The notes under the pieces: model-generated | What the model saw: only the letters and a program-made list of their open reading frames with translations | Told to the model about the DNA's origin: nothing | Database searches by the model: none | Made by a program: the position numbers and the translations under genes | Shown here: positions 17,960 through 24,779 of the stretch, piece by piece | How the letters are laid out: every line of letters begins with the position of its first letter | Position numbering within the stretch: the stretch's first letter is position 1 | Virus record (IMG/VR): IMGVR_UViG_3300034283_000651 | Coordinates: 1-26,450 of that record | DNA: 26,450 bases | Source: a virus | Taxonomy: Duplodnaviria > Caudoviricetes | Reading direction: 5' to 3' (one strand)

Positions 17960-18405
17960 ATTTAAGCGCACACGTTACAATTGCCGAATTCGAAAGAAGT
18001 GACATTGCAACGAAACATGGAATTTCTAACAAAATGAATTCAAGTCAAATTCAATTTGCTAAAGACTTGTGTGAAAATGTATTTGAAAAGATACGCGCAC
18101 ACGTTGGCGGTCCAATAAGAATTAACAGCGGTTATCGTTCACCAGCTGTCAACAGACGCGCGGGGGGTTCGGCTTCGAGTCAGCATTGTGCTTTAAATGG
18201 CGCGGCAATGGATTTAGACCTACATGACCGAGAACTTTTTAAATGGATTATTGCGAACGTTGAATTCGACCAAGCAATTTATGAGTTTGGAAACGATTCC
18301 AAAGCGCTTTGGTTTCATTTAAGCTACCGAAAAGGCAACAATCGATGTCAGGCATTACGCGCAATTAAAAAAGCTGGTAAAACGTCGTATATTCCATTTG
18401 TTTAA
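17956..18405 (+). CDS. Endolysin, peptidase M15A family (Zn D-Ala-D-Ala peptidase fold)
   Basis: INSGYRSPAVN..GGS..SQH, AMD and WFHLSY supply the H/D/H zinc ligands. Confidence 0.88.
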   Translation: MNLSAHVTIAEFERSDIATKHGISNKMNSSQIQFAKDLCENVFEKIRAHVGGPIRINSGYRSPAVNRRAGGSASSQHCALNGAAMDLDLHDRELFKWIIANVEFDQAIYEFGNDSKALWFHLSYRKGNNRCQALRAIKKAGKTSYIPFV

Positions 18406-18406
18406 T

Positions 18407-18481
18407 TACATTTGTTCAAGTCTTGCCAAGGACCTTACTAAAATGACCTAAAGAACCAACTTCAAAAGAGTTGGTTTTTTT
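18407..18481 (+). ncRNA. Candidate small RNA unit 1 (-7 box, GCCA hairpin, terminator)
   Basis: TACATTTG 18407-14; GTCTT-GCCA-AGGAC 18420-33; terminator 18450-81; no ORF. Confidence 0.45.
18450..18481 (+). terminator. Intrinsic terminator (also ends the late/lysis transcript)
   Basis: AACCAACT-tcaaaag-AGTTGGTT followed by a T run. Confidence 0.8.
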
Positions 18482-18484
18482 ATT

Positions 18485-18585
18485 TACCTTTGAATCGTTT
18501 TGTTTATAGTTTGAACGCCAGTTCGAATTGTGTTTAATTGTTAGATAAAAGAAAGTCGATTGAATTAATTTCAGTCGGCTTTTTT
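18485..18585 (+). ncRNA. Candidate small RNA unit 2 (-7 box, U/G-rich arms around a GCCA hairpin, terminator)
   Basis: TACCTTTG 18485-92; TAGTTTGAAC-GCCA-GTTCGAATTG 18507-30; terminator 18552-85; no ORF. Confidence 0.55.
18552..18585 (+). terminator. Intrinsic terminator
   Basis: AAAGTCGATTGAA / TTCAGTCGGCTTT stem with G-U pairs, running into a T6 tract (18580-85). Confidence 0.8.
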
Positions 18586-18625
18586 ATTGACCGAAAAAAA
18601 AATTAAAAAAAATTGTGCAAAAGTG

Positions 18626-18667
18626 TTGTTAATTAAAAAACTTGCATATCTTTGTAAGGTCAATAAG
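18626..18667 (+). promoter_or_regulatory. Bacteroidota-type early promoter with downstream conserved box
   Basis: TTG(18626-28)-N18-TATCTTTG(18647-54), then TAAGGTCAATAAG. Confidence 0.75.
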
Positions 18668-18691
18668 GCACAAAACAAAAACAAAACAACA

Positions 18692-18781
18692 ATGAAACAA
18701 AATCAACACTTCGAAATGACAGCGGCTTTTTTAATGGGCGCGTCAATTATTTTATCAATCATTTATTTAGCAACAATTTAA
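18692..18781 (+). CDS. 29-aa single-TM micro-protein, first early gene
   Basis: MKQNQHFEMTAAFLMGASIILSIIYLATI*; ATG after an A/C-rich leader. The ORF-track start at 18587 runs through the promoter. Confidence 0.6.
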   Translation: MKQNQHFEMTAAFLMGASIILSIIYLATI

Positions 18782-18791
18782 TTTAAACACC

Positions 18792-19124
18792 ATGACAACA
18801 AAACACCAAGTGATCCAGTTAATCGTTGACCTTTCACAAGACAACGAACAAATGACAAAAAGTATTTTAGGCAAAGCGGTTGTTGACGGCGCAAAAGAAG
18901 CTTTAAATTCAACGCCTGACATTAAAACTTTGAAAATCATTACTGAAACAATTACGTTTTTAGTAAAATGTATTGAAGACCTTCAGCAAGAACTTCGCGA
19001 AATGAAAGCGCACAACGAAAAAGCTGGTGTTATGTTCGTTCACCGCGACCAAGACATTCAAGGCGTTGAACGATTAATCAACAAATACTACGAAAGTTTA
19101 AATAAAGTAATTCGTGAAATATGA
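18792..19124 (+). CDS. Hypothetical helical protein
   Basis: 110-aa ORF with a good leader. Confidence 0.75.
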   Translation: MTTKHQVIQLIVDLSQDNEQMTKSILGKAVVDGAKEALNSTPDIKTLKIITETITFLVKCIEDLQQELREMKAHNEKAGVMFVHRDQDIQGVERLINKYYESLNKVIREI

Positions 19125-19279
19125 AAACCAAAACCAAAAAACAAAACAGCTTTTTTCCTCTTCCGATTCCAGTTTTAAGAATGGCGCGTTGGTGGAAGGA
19201 AAAAAGCTTTTCACACGACAAAGGCGGTTCGTTTAATGTCGAACACTATTTAAAAGTACAAAACGCACGATTTGAATAA
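19121..19279 (+). CDS. Small hypothetical protein (52 aa; not in ORF track)
   Basis: MKTKTKKQNSFFPLPIPVLRMARWWKEKSFSHDKGGSFNVEHYLKVQNARFE*; ATGA-coupled and fills the gap. Confidence 0.7.
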   Translation: MKTKTKKQNSFFPLPIPVLRMARWWKEKSFSHDKGGSFNVEHYLKVQNARFE

Positions 19280-19280
19280 T

Positions 19281-19913
19281 ATGCAAATAAATAATTTAAC
19301 AATCACTAACGAAGACAATATGCTTTTAATGGCTCGTTATCCTGACAAATATTTTGATTTGGCTATTGTTGACCCGCCTTATGGAATTAATATTGCAAAA
19401 TGGGATAGTATTGATTTAAAACCAAGTCAAAAATATTTTAAAGAATTATTTAGAGTTTCAAAATATCAAATCATTTGGGGAGGTAACTATTTTAATTTAC
19501 CTCATTCAGAGGCTTGGATATGTTGGGATAAAACAATGAAAAGCGGTAAAATGGCACTTGGAAAAGGTTTTAAAAGTGAATTTGAATTAGCTTGGACTAA
19601 TACAGACAATAAAGCTACAATGGTTCATTTAACACACGATGGTAATATACAAGGTTTTAACGGTGGCACCGTAAATTACAAATATAAATCAATACACCCA
19701 ACACAAAAGCCAGTTGCACTTTACAAATGGCTTTTAAACAAATACGCTAAACAAGGTTACAAAATACTTGACACCCATTTAGGTAGCGGAAGCATTGCAA
19801 TAGCTTGTCACGATTACGGATTTGAATTAACAGCTTGTGAGTTAGATACGGATTATTACAAAAAAGCGATTGAAAGAATTAAAAACCACGTTGCACAACA
19901 AAAACTATTTTAA
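19281..19913 (+). CDS. DNA N6-adenine/N4-cytosine methyltransferase, beta class, orphan
   Basis: Catalytic DPPY near the N-terminus, HPTQKP, and SAM-binding LDTHLGSGS near the C-terminus. Confidence 0.92.
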   Translation: MQINNLTITNEDNMLLMARYPDKYFDLAIVDPPYGINIAKWDSIDLKPSQKYFKELFRVSKYQIIWGGNYFNLPHSEAWICWDKTMKSGKMALGKGFKSEFELAWTNTDNKATMVHLTHDGNIQGFNGGTVNYKYKSIHPTQKPVALYKWLLNKYAKQGYKILDTHLGSGSIAIACHDYGFELTACELDTDYYKKAIERIKNHVAQQKLF

Positions 19914-19914
19914 T

Positions 19915-20406
19915 ATGAACACTAAAGAAAAACAAGACCTTCGCACAATTTTAAACGCTGACAGATTGCGTTCATTTTTTCCTGACGGATATTATTTCGA
20001 CGTTGAAGAAGTTTTGACGGCGTGTCCTTACACCTTTGCCGAATTACAGCAAAAGACGCGTAAAAAAGATTTCGTTCACTGGCGACAGATTTTAATCGCG
20101 TACAAATACGCTTCAGGATCAACTTTCGAACAAGTTGGTGACTATATTGGAAAAGACCATTCGACTTGCGTGTATGCGCTTAAAAACGTTATGAACGCGC
20201 TTCAAGGTTTTGACTGGTTACTCAAAGAAAAAATTGACCGAGTTGTCGCATTATCTGACGTTATCATTTACGCAACTGAAGACCATTCAAAGAACCAAAT
20301 TCTTGCATTGCGTTATTTAGAACATAACTACGTTGAAAAATTCGTAAATTCAACTTTTCGTAATTCCATTAAAGTAGGTAAGAAGGTCATTCGTTGCGGC
20401 GTGTGA
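19915..20406 (+). CDS. DNA-binding protein with DnaA C-terminal (domain IV)-like HTH
   Basis: KTRKKDFVHWRQI...TFEQVGDYIGKDHSTCVYA matches the DnaA domain IV pattern R..V..RQI...IG..F..DHSTV. No AAA+ domain. Confidence 0.78.
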   Translation: MNTKEKQDLRTILNADRLRSFFPDGYYFDVEEVLTACPYTFAELQQKTRKKDFVHWRQILIAYKYASGSTFEQVGDYIGKDHSTCVYALKNVMNALQGFDWLLKEKIDRVVALSDVIIYATEDHSKNQILALRYLEHNYVEKFVNSTFRNSIKVGKKVIRCGV

Positions 20407-20418
20407 CCTTGTTTTTTT
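20383..20418 (+). terminator. Terminator-like hairpin overlapping the stop codon
   Basis: AAGGTCA(20383-89)...TGACCTT(20404-10), then G and T7. Confidence 0.65.
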
Positions 20419-20430
20419 AAAAAAAATCAA

Positions 20431-20679
20431 ATGAAAAAACCAACAAGAAAAAAAGTAACGCTTGAAATTGAATTCAATTCTTTTAATGAACTGGAATTCG
20501 TATTGAATAAAGTTTTTGGAATGGCGAAACAGCACCAGCGACACGAACGTCAATCAATAGCTGGTTCTATTTATGAATATTCATTTGAAGTTCTTGAAAG
20601 TGAATCTGATTTTCGCGAGGAAATTATAAACGGACAGCGTTGTTTAATTATCAAATCGAAAATGAATGAAAAAAAATAA
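20431..20679 (+). CDS. Hypothetical protein
   Basis: 82-aa ORF with A-rich leader. Confidence 0.7.
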   Translation: MKKPTRKKVTLEIEFNSFNELEFVLNKVFGMAKQHQRHERQSIAGSIYEYSFEVLESESDFREEIINGQRCLIIKSKMNEKK

Positions 20680-20684
20680 AAATC

Positions 20685-20727
20685 TTTGTTTGTAATTAAA
20701 TTTAATTACATTTGTAAGGTCAATAAG
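20685..20727 (+). promoter_or_regulatory. Bacteroidota-type promoter with the same downstream box
   Basis: TTTG(20685-88)-N18-TACATTTG(20707-14), then TAAGGTCAATAAG. Confidence 0.78.
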
Positions 20728-20751
20728 ACGCGAAACACAAAACGAAACGAT

Positions 20752-20892
20752 ATGAAAACAATTGAAGAATTAAACGCTAAAATGGTTCTAATTGCTAAAG
20801 CAAACGGATTGACTTACGAGCAATTCAGAAAATTACCAAGAAAAAAGTTTATCCAAATGTGCAATATTTACAATCAAAAAAAAGAATTATGA
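20752..20892 (+). CDS. Small basic hypothetical protein (46 aa)
   Basis: MKTIEELNAKMVLIAKANGLTYEQFRKLPRKKFIQMCNIYNQKKEL; ATG downstream of the promoter. Confidence 0.65.
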   Translation: MKTIEELNAKMVLIAKANGLTYEQFRKLPRKKFIQMCNIYNQKKEL

Positions 20893-21173
20893 AAAAAATA
20901 ACATTCACCGAACCAAAACAAGAACGCTTCAGAACAATTCCTGAAGCTGTTCATTATTTACCGACTGGAATGAATTTGAACGATTACAAAATCGTTGGTT
21001 ATTTAAACGGCGAACGCCTTGACAAATGCGCGACATTAACTATTGAACAATTCGGAACAATTCAACACGTTACAGCCAGTGAAAACGCAATCAATGGCAA
21101 AAAGTTTGAACACTTCATTTGTCACAATCCAGCGAACAATAAATTCACCATTTTAGTAATGCAAAAAAAATGA
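20889..21173 (+). CDS. Hypothetical protein
   Basis: 94 aa, ATGA-coupled on both sides. Confidence 0.7.
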   Translation: MKKITFTEPKQERFRTIPEAVHYLPTGMNLNDYKIVGYLNGERLDKCATLTIEQFGTIQHVTASENAINGKKFEHFICHNPANNKFTILVMQKK

Positions 21174-22435
21174 AAGATCCAGGGACAAAATTGAAAGTTG
21201 GTTCAGATTTCAGCGGCGTTGGCGCGTTCAACCAAGCTTTAATGCGTTTGGGCGTTAATTACGAGGAAATTTTCGCTTGTGACCGGGACAAATACGCGCG
21301 TCAAACGTTTATTCACAATTACGGCGAACCGAAATATTACCCGGTCGACGTTTATGAACGTGAAATTCCAACAGAATCGCTTGACATTTATATGACGTCA
21401 CCGCCTTGTCAGGCTTTTTCAATGGCTGGTCGTCGTTTGGGAAAAGAAGACAAACGCGGAATTTTATTTTTTAATTCGCTTGAATTCATTCAACAGAATA
21501 AACCGCGCTTTTTTATTTTTGAAAACGTCAAAGGTTTATTGTCAGATGACAGCGGAAAAACTTTTCAAGAATGGATCAACTTTCTTGGTGGCAAATCGGT
21601 TAATGGTTTGCCAGTTCTTTTTCCTGAAGACGATTCTATTCCTTATCATTTATATTGGAAGGTTTTAAATGCGAAAGAACACGGAATTCCTCAAAACCGC
21701 GAACGCGTTTTTTTAATTGGTATTCGTGACGACAAAGACAACAATTTCAGATTTCCAATTGAAGAACATTTGACAAAAAGACTTCAAGACATTCTTGAAG
21801 AAAACGTTGATAAAAAGTATTTTTTAAGTGAAAAATTAATAAATGGTTTTTTGTTTAAAGAAACACATTCTTCTTGGAAATTTGAACCAAAAGACGGAAA
21901 CGAAATTTCTAATTGCTTAACGGCACAATATGCGAAAATGGCAATTACAGCGACCTATATTAAAGTAAAATCAAACAATTCAAAAGGTTACGAAGTTGCT
22001 GAAATTGGTGACACAATAAGACTGGCGCACCCAAACAGCGAAACAAGTCGCGGACGGATTTCAAAAGAGGTTTCACATACAATCGATTGTTCAGGTCAAG
22101 AAGGTGTTTTTGTCGACGTTACAACCGAATCAAATGCAAATCAAAACAGCCATAAATATCAAAAAGAAATTGAAGAATCAATAAGTCAAAATGTCGCGAC
22201 GACAATCGACGCGAGTTATTACAAGGGATTTGGTGTTCGATCCGGAAAATGCCGTCAGTTAGTACAAAATGATTTTAAAATTCGCCGTTTAACACCGCGT
22301 GAATGTTTCCGTTTAATGGATTTCGATGACACGTTTGACTTTTCAGTTGTTAGTGAATCACAAGCTTATAAACAAGCTGGTAATTCAATCGTTGTCAATG
22401 TACTTTACAAAATACTTAAAAATTTAAATTTATGA
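21170..22435 (+). CDS. DNA (cytosine-5)-methyltransferase, orphan, with long variable region
   Basis: Motif I FSGVGA, IV SPPCQ, VI ENV, VIII QNRER, IX RRLTPRE, X YKQAGNS. Confidence 0.95.
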   Translation: MKDPGTKLKVGSDFSGVGAFNQALMRLGVNYEEIFACDRDKYARQTFIHNYGEPKYYPVDVYEREIPTESLDIYMTSPPCQAFSMAGRRLGKEDKRGILFFNSLEFIQQNKPRFFIFENVKGLLSDDSGKTFQEWINFLGGKSVNGLPVLFPEDDSIPYHLYWKVLNAKEHGIPQNRERVFLIGIRDDKDNNFRFPIEEHLTKRLQDILEENVDKKYFLSEKLINGFLFKETHSSWKFEPKDGNEISNCLTAQYAKMAITATYIKVKSNNSKGYEVAEIGDTIRLAHPNSETSRGRISKEVSHTIDCSGQEGVFVDVTTESNANQNSHKYQKEIEESISQNVATTIDASYYKGFGVRSGKCRQLVQNDFKIRRLTPRECFRLMDFDDTFDFSVVSESQAYKQAGNSIVVNVLYKILKNLNL

Positions 22436-22818
22436 AAAATCAACCTGAATTTCAACTTCAAAAGCAAGTGTGTAACTATCTAAATTTAAAATACAAAGAC
22501 GTTTTATTTTTAAGCGACACAATCGCATTTTTACATTTGACAATTCCGCAACGCGTTAGAAATTCAACGATCCAAAAGCGCGGTTTTCATTGTCCTGACA
22601 TTATAATTTTCAAACCAAATTCAAAATTCAATGGATTGTTCCTTGAATTAAAAGCAAAGTCACCATTTAAGAAAGACGGCTGTCTTTTGAAATCTGAACA
22701 TTTGGCAAATCAACAGCAAACAATTGACCAGTTAAACGAAATGAATTATTTCGCAACGTTCGCGGTTGGTTTTGAGGAAACAAAAACATTCATTGACTGG
22801 TACATGACTTTGAAATAA
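22432..22818 (+). CDS. VRR-NUC-like PD-(D/E)xK nuclease
   Basis: E..LQ, PDIII, GLFLELK and Q...I..L pattern. Confidence 0.8.
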   Translation: MKNQPEFQLQKQVCNYLNLKYKDVLFLSDTIAFLHLTIPQRVRNSTIQKRGFHCPDIIIFKPNSKFNGLFLELKAKSPFKKDGCLLKSEHLANQQQTIDQLNEMNYFATFAVGFEETKTFIDWYMTLK

Positions 22819-22822
22819 TTTT

Positions 22823-22830
22823 TATATTTG
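22823..22830 (+). promoter_or_regulatory. -7 promoter element upstream of the replication-gene leader
   Basis: TATATTTG matches TAnnTTTG; no well-spaced -33 TTG seen. Confidence 0.55.
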
Positions 22831-22834
22831 CAAA

Positions 22835-22928
22835 AGTTACGCTTCGACAATATAGTAACTGAAAATATTATTGCCTGATTAATTGAACGCGAAGTCGAAG
22901 CCGCAAGTAAATTGGTCAGGCTTTTTTT
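22835..22928 (+). ncRNA. Structured leader RNA: two hairpins with complementary loops, ending in a U tract
   Basis: P1 AGTTAC/GTAACT with loop containing GCTTCGAC; P2 GCCTGATTAATT/AATTGGTCAGGC with apical GTCGAAGC; T7 at 22922-28. Confidence 0.7.
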
Positions 22929-22945
22929 ATTTAATTTTTTAACAA

Positions 22946-23755
22946 ATGGCAAACCGAATATTACGCGACTGGACATTTTCTGAAAACGTTGACGCGCTGA
23001 ATTTTGAAGCTGAAGTTTTCTTTACGCGTTTGATAATGAAAGCTGACGATTTTGGTTGTTTTCATGGAAACCCAAAACTTTTAAAAGCGGCGTTATTTCC
23101 GCTGAAAGAAATTAAACAATCAATTGTTGAAAAAATGCTGAACGATTGCGTCGAAGCTGGAATAATTATTTTATACGAAGTTGATTCAAAAAAATATTTA
23201 AAGATTGTCGACTTTGGTCAACGTTTGCGCACAATGAACAGCAAATTTCCGCAACTTGACAGCAACGCGCGGACAATTGTCAGCAATGCGCCGCTTGAAG
23301 TAGAAAGAAACGAAGTAGAAGTAGAAGAAGAAACGAAGAAGAATAAAGTCGCTTCGCTTCAAAAATCTTTTTCTTTTAAAAATGAACTTTTGAATTTAAA
23401 CTTTGACGAACAACTTGTTGACGAATGGCTGTCAATCCGTAAATCAAAAAAAGCAAAGAATACTGAAACCGCTTTGAAAGCTTTTATTCGTGAAATAAAA
23501 AAATCAAATTTACCAGCAAATGAAATTTTGCAAATTTGCGTCGAAAGAAGCTGGTCAGGTTTCGACGCGTCTTGGATCAATAATTTAAACACAAACAAAA
23601 ATGGAAACACACAACAACCAATTAACAACGAAGAACGAAAGCGAAGCTATATTGAAAGAGTTCTTTACGGAAATAATGAACCAGTTGACAGCCAAAGGTC
23701 ACACAATGGCGAAGATAACAGCACCTTTGATGCTGTCGAAATCGTCGAAAGTTGA
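22946..23755 (+). CDS. Phage replication initiator / replisome-organiser-like protein
   Basis: N-terminal wHTH-like L..EAEVFFTRLIMKADDFG...LFP segment, charged linker EVEVEEE, and C-terminal EWLSIRK.KKA...ERSWSGF domain typical of phage initiators. Confidence 0.7.
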   Translation: MANRILRDWTFSENVDALNFEAEVFFTRLIMKADDFGCFHGNPKLLKAALFPLKEIKQSIVEKMLNDCVEAGIIILYEVDSKKYLKIVDFGQRLRTMNSKFPQLDSNARTIVSNAPLEVERNEVEVEEETKKNKVASLQKSFSFKNELLNLNFDEQLVDEWLSIRKSKKAKNTETALKAFIREIKKSNLPANEILQICVERSWSGFDASWINNLNTNKNGNTQQPINNEERKRSYIERVLYGNNEPVDSQRSHNGEDNSTFDAVEIVES

Positions 23756-24359
23756 GGAATCGCGTGAAGAATGTATTCGAATTTTGATTTCAAGCTGTGA
23801 AGTTTTGTTTGGTCTTCGCGCTGAAAATCTTTCACCTGAACTTTGGAATATTTCATTTGCTTCGATTTGCGAACGTTTTAATGGTATAACCATATCAGAC
23901 ATTCAAAATTCATTTAGATACGCTGTAATCGAAAAAAAAGCGTATCAAACGTTAACACGCGACGAATTACTCGAACCAATTTCGCAATATTGGAAGAACA
24001 AAGTCATTTTATTGAACGAAATTGATTTAATTCGACAGAAAAACGAAAAGGAAATTCAGTCAATTCGTCAGGAACATTTGTTCAGACAAGAAGCAAAAGA
24101 AATTTATTTGAAATCGCTTGAAGCTGGTCACTGGATCGGTGACGAATTTCACGCTGACGCAATCGCGAGAAACTTTTCTGAATGTTTTATTCAAGAAGAC
24201 AAGAATGAATTTATGCGTTGCGCCAAAATTGAATTTTATCAAAGACAAAAAGCCGCTGAAAAGAATCAATTTGAACTTGTTCCGAGTTGGCAAAAGATTT
24301 TTTCGCGCATTTACGTTGACCATTGCGTCAAAAAACAATTCAAGTTTATTTCGGTCTGA
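23601..24359 (+). CDS. Hypothetical protein, possible helicase-loader-like partner of the initiator
   Basis: 252 aa, helical, strong A-rich leader, O/P-like synteny. No Walker motifs seen. Confidence 0.55.
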   Translation: METHNNQLTTKNESEAILKEFFTEIMNQLTAKGHTMAKITAPLMLSKSSKVEESREECIRILISSCEVLFGLRAENLSPELWNISFASICERFNGITISDIQNSFRYAVIEKKAYQTLTRDELLEPISQYWKNKVILLNEIDLIRQKNEKEIQSIRQEHLFRQEAKEIYLKSLEAGHWIGDEFHADAIARNFSECFIQEDKNEFMRCAKIEFYQRQKAAEKNQFELVPSWQKIFSRIYVDHCVKKQFKFISV

Positions 24360-24378
24360 AAAAAAATTAAAAAAAATG

Positions 24379-24408
24379 TTTGATATTAATTAAGTTTAAT
24401 TATCTTTG
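24379..24408 (+). promoter_or_regulatory. Bacteroidota-type promoter for the recombination operon
   Basis: TTTG(24379-82)-N18-TATCTTTG(24401-08). Confidence 0.75.
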
Positions 24409-24431
24409 CTGAAACAATTAAACAAAACGAC

Positions 24432-24779
24432 ATGAATTCAATGACAATTTCCGAACTGAAAAACTGGTTGAAAGCAAACAAATCAGTTATTACTAACAAA
24501 TCGCTAAAGGTTCAAACGCCTTTAGTGTCGCAATCGTTCAACACGTTGAAAGCTTTCGGTGAATTTATTCTTTCAATCGAAAACAAATGTACTTCAGCGT
24601 CAATTTATTCTTATTCAACGAATGGCGTGACTTTTTCAAGTGTTAATGATTTATCAGTCCTTGAAAATGAAAACGTCAAAGCGATCCAGTTTACTTTTGG
24701 CGGTATGCTGAACGAAAAAAGAATTCAGAACATTGCGAGTTTAAAAACTTTACGCTTGAAAAACCCACGAAAATACTAA
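24432..24779 (+). CDS. Hypothetical protein
   Basis: 115-aa ORF directly after the promoter. Confidence 0.7.
   Translation: MNSMTISELKNWLKANKSVITNKSLKVQTPLVSQSFNTLKAFGEFILSIENKCTSASIYSYSTNGVTFSSVNDLSVLENENVKAIQFTFGGMLNEKRIQNIASLKTLRLKNPRKY

Noticed and set aside
18493-18545. U/G-rich tract read as the leader of a leftward gene
   Set aside because: No start codon with a credible minus-strand ORF follows it, and the flanking promoter boxes and U tracts point rightwards.
18406-18690. tRNA genes, att site, integrase or repressor at the late/early boundary
   Set aside because: No cloverleaf, integrase or CI-like gene seen; lifestyle cannot be determined from this window.
21170-22818. C5 methyltransferase plus adjacent nuclease as a restriction-modification pair
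   Set aside because: The nuclease is a small VRR-NUC-type protein usual in phage replication modules, not a recognisable type II restriction enzyme.
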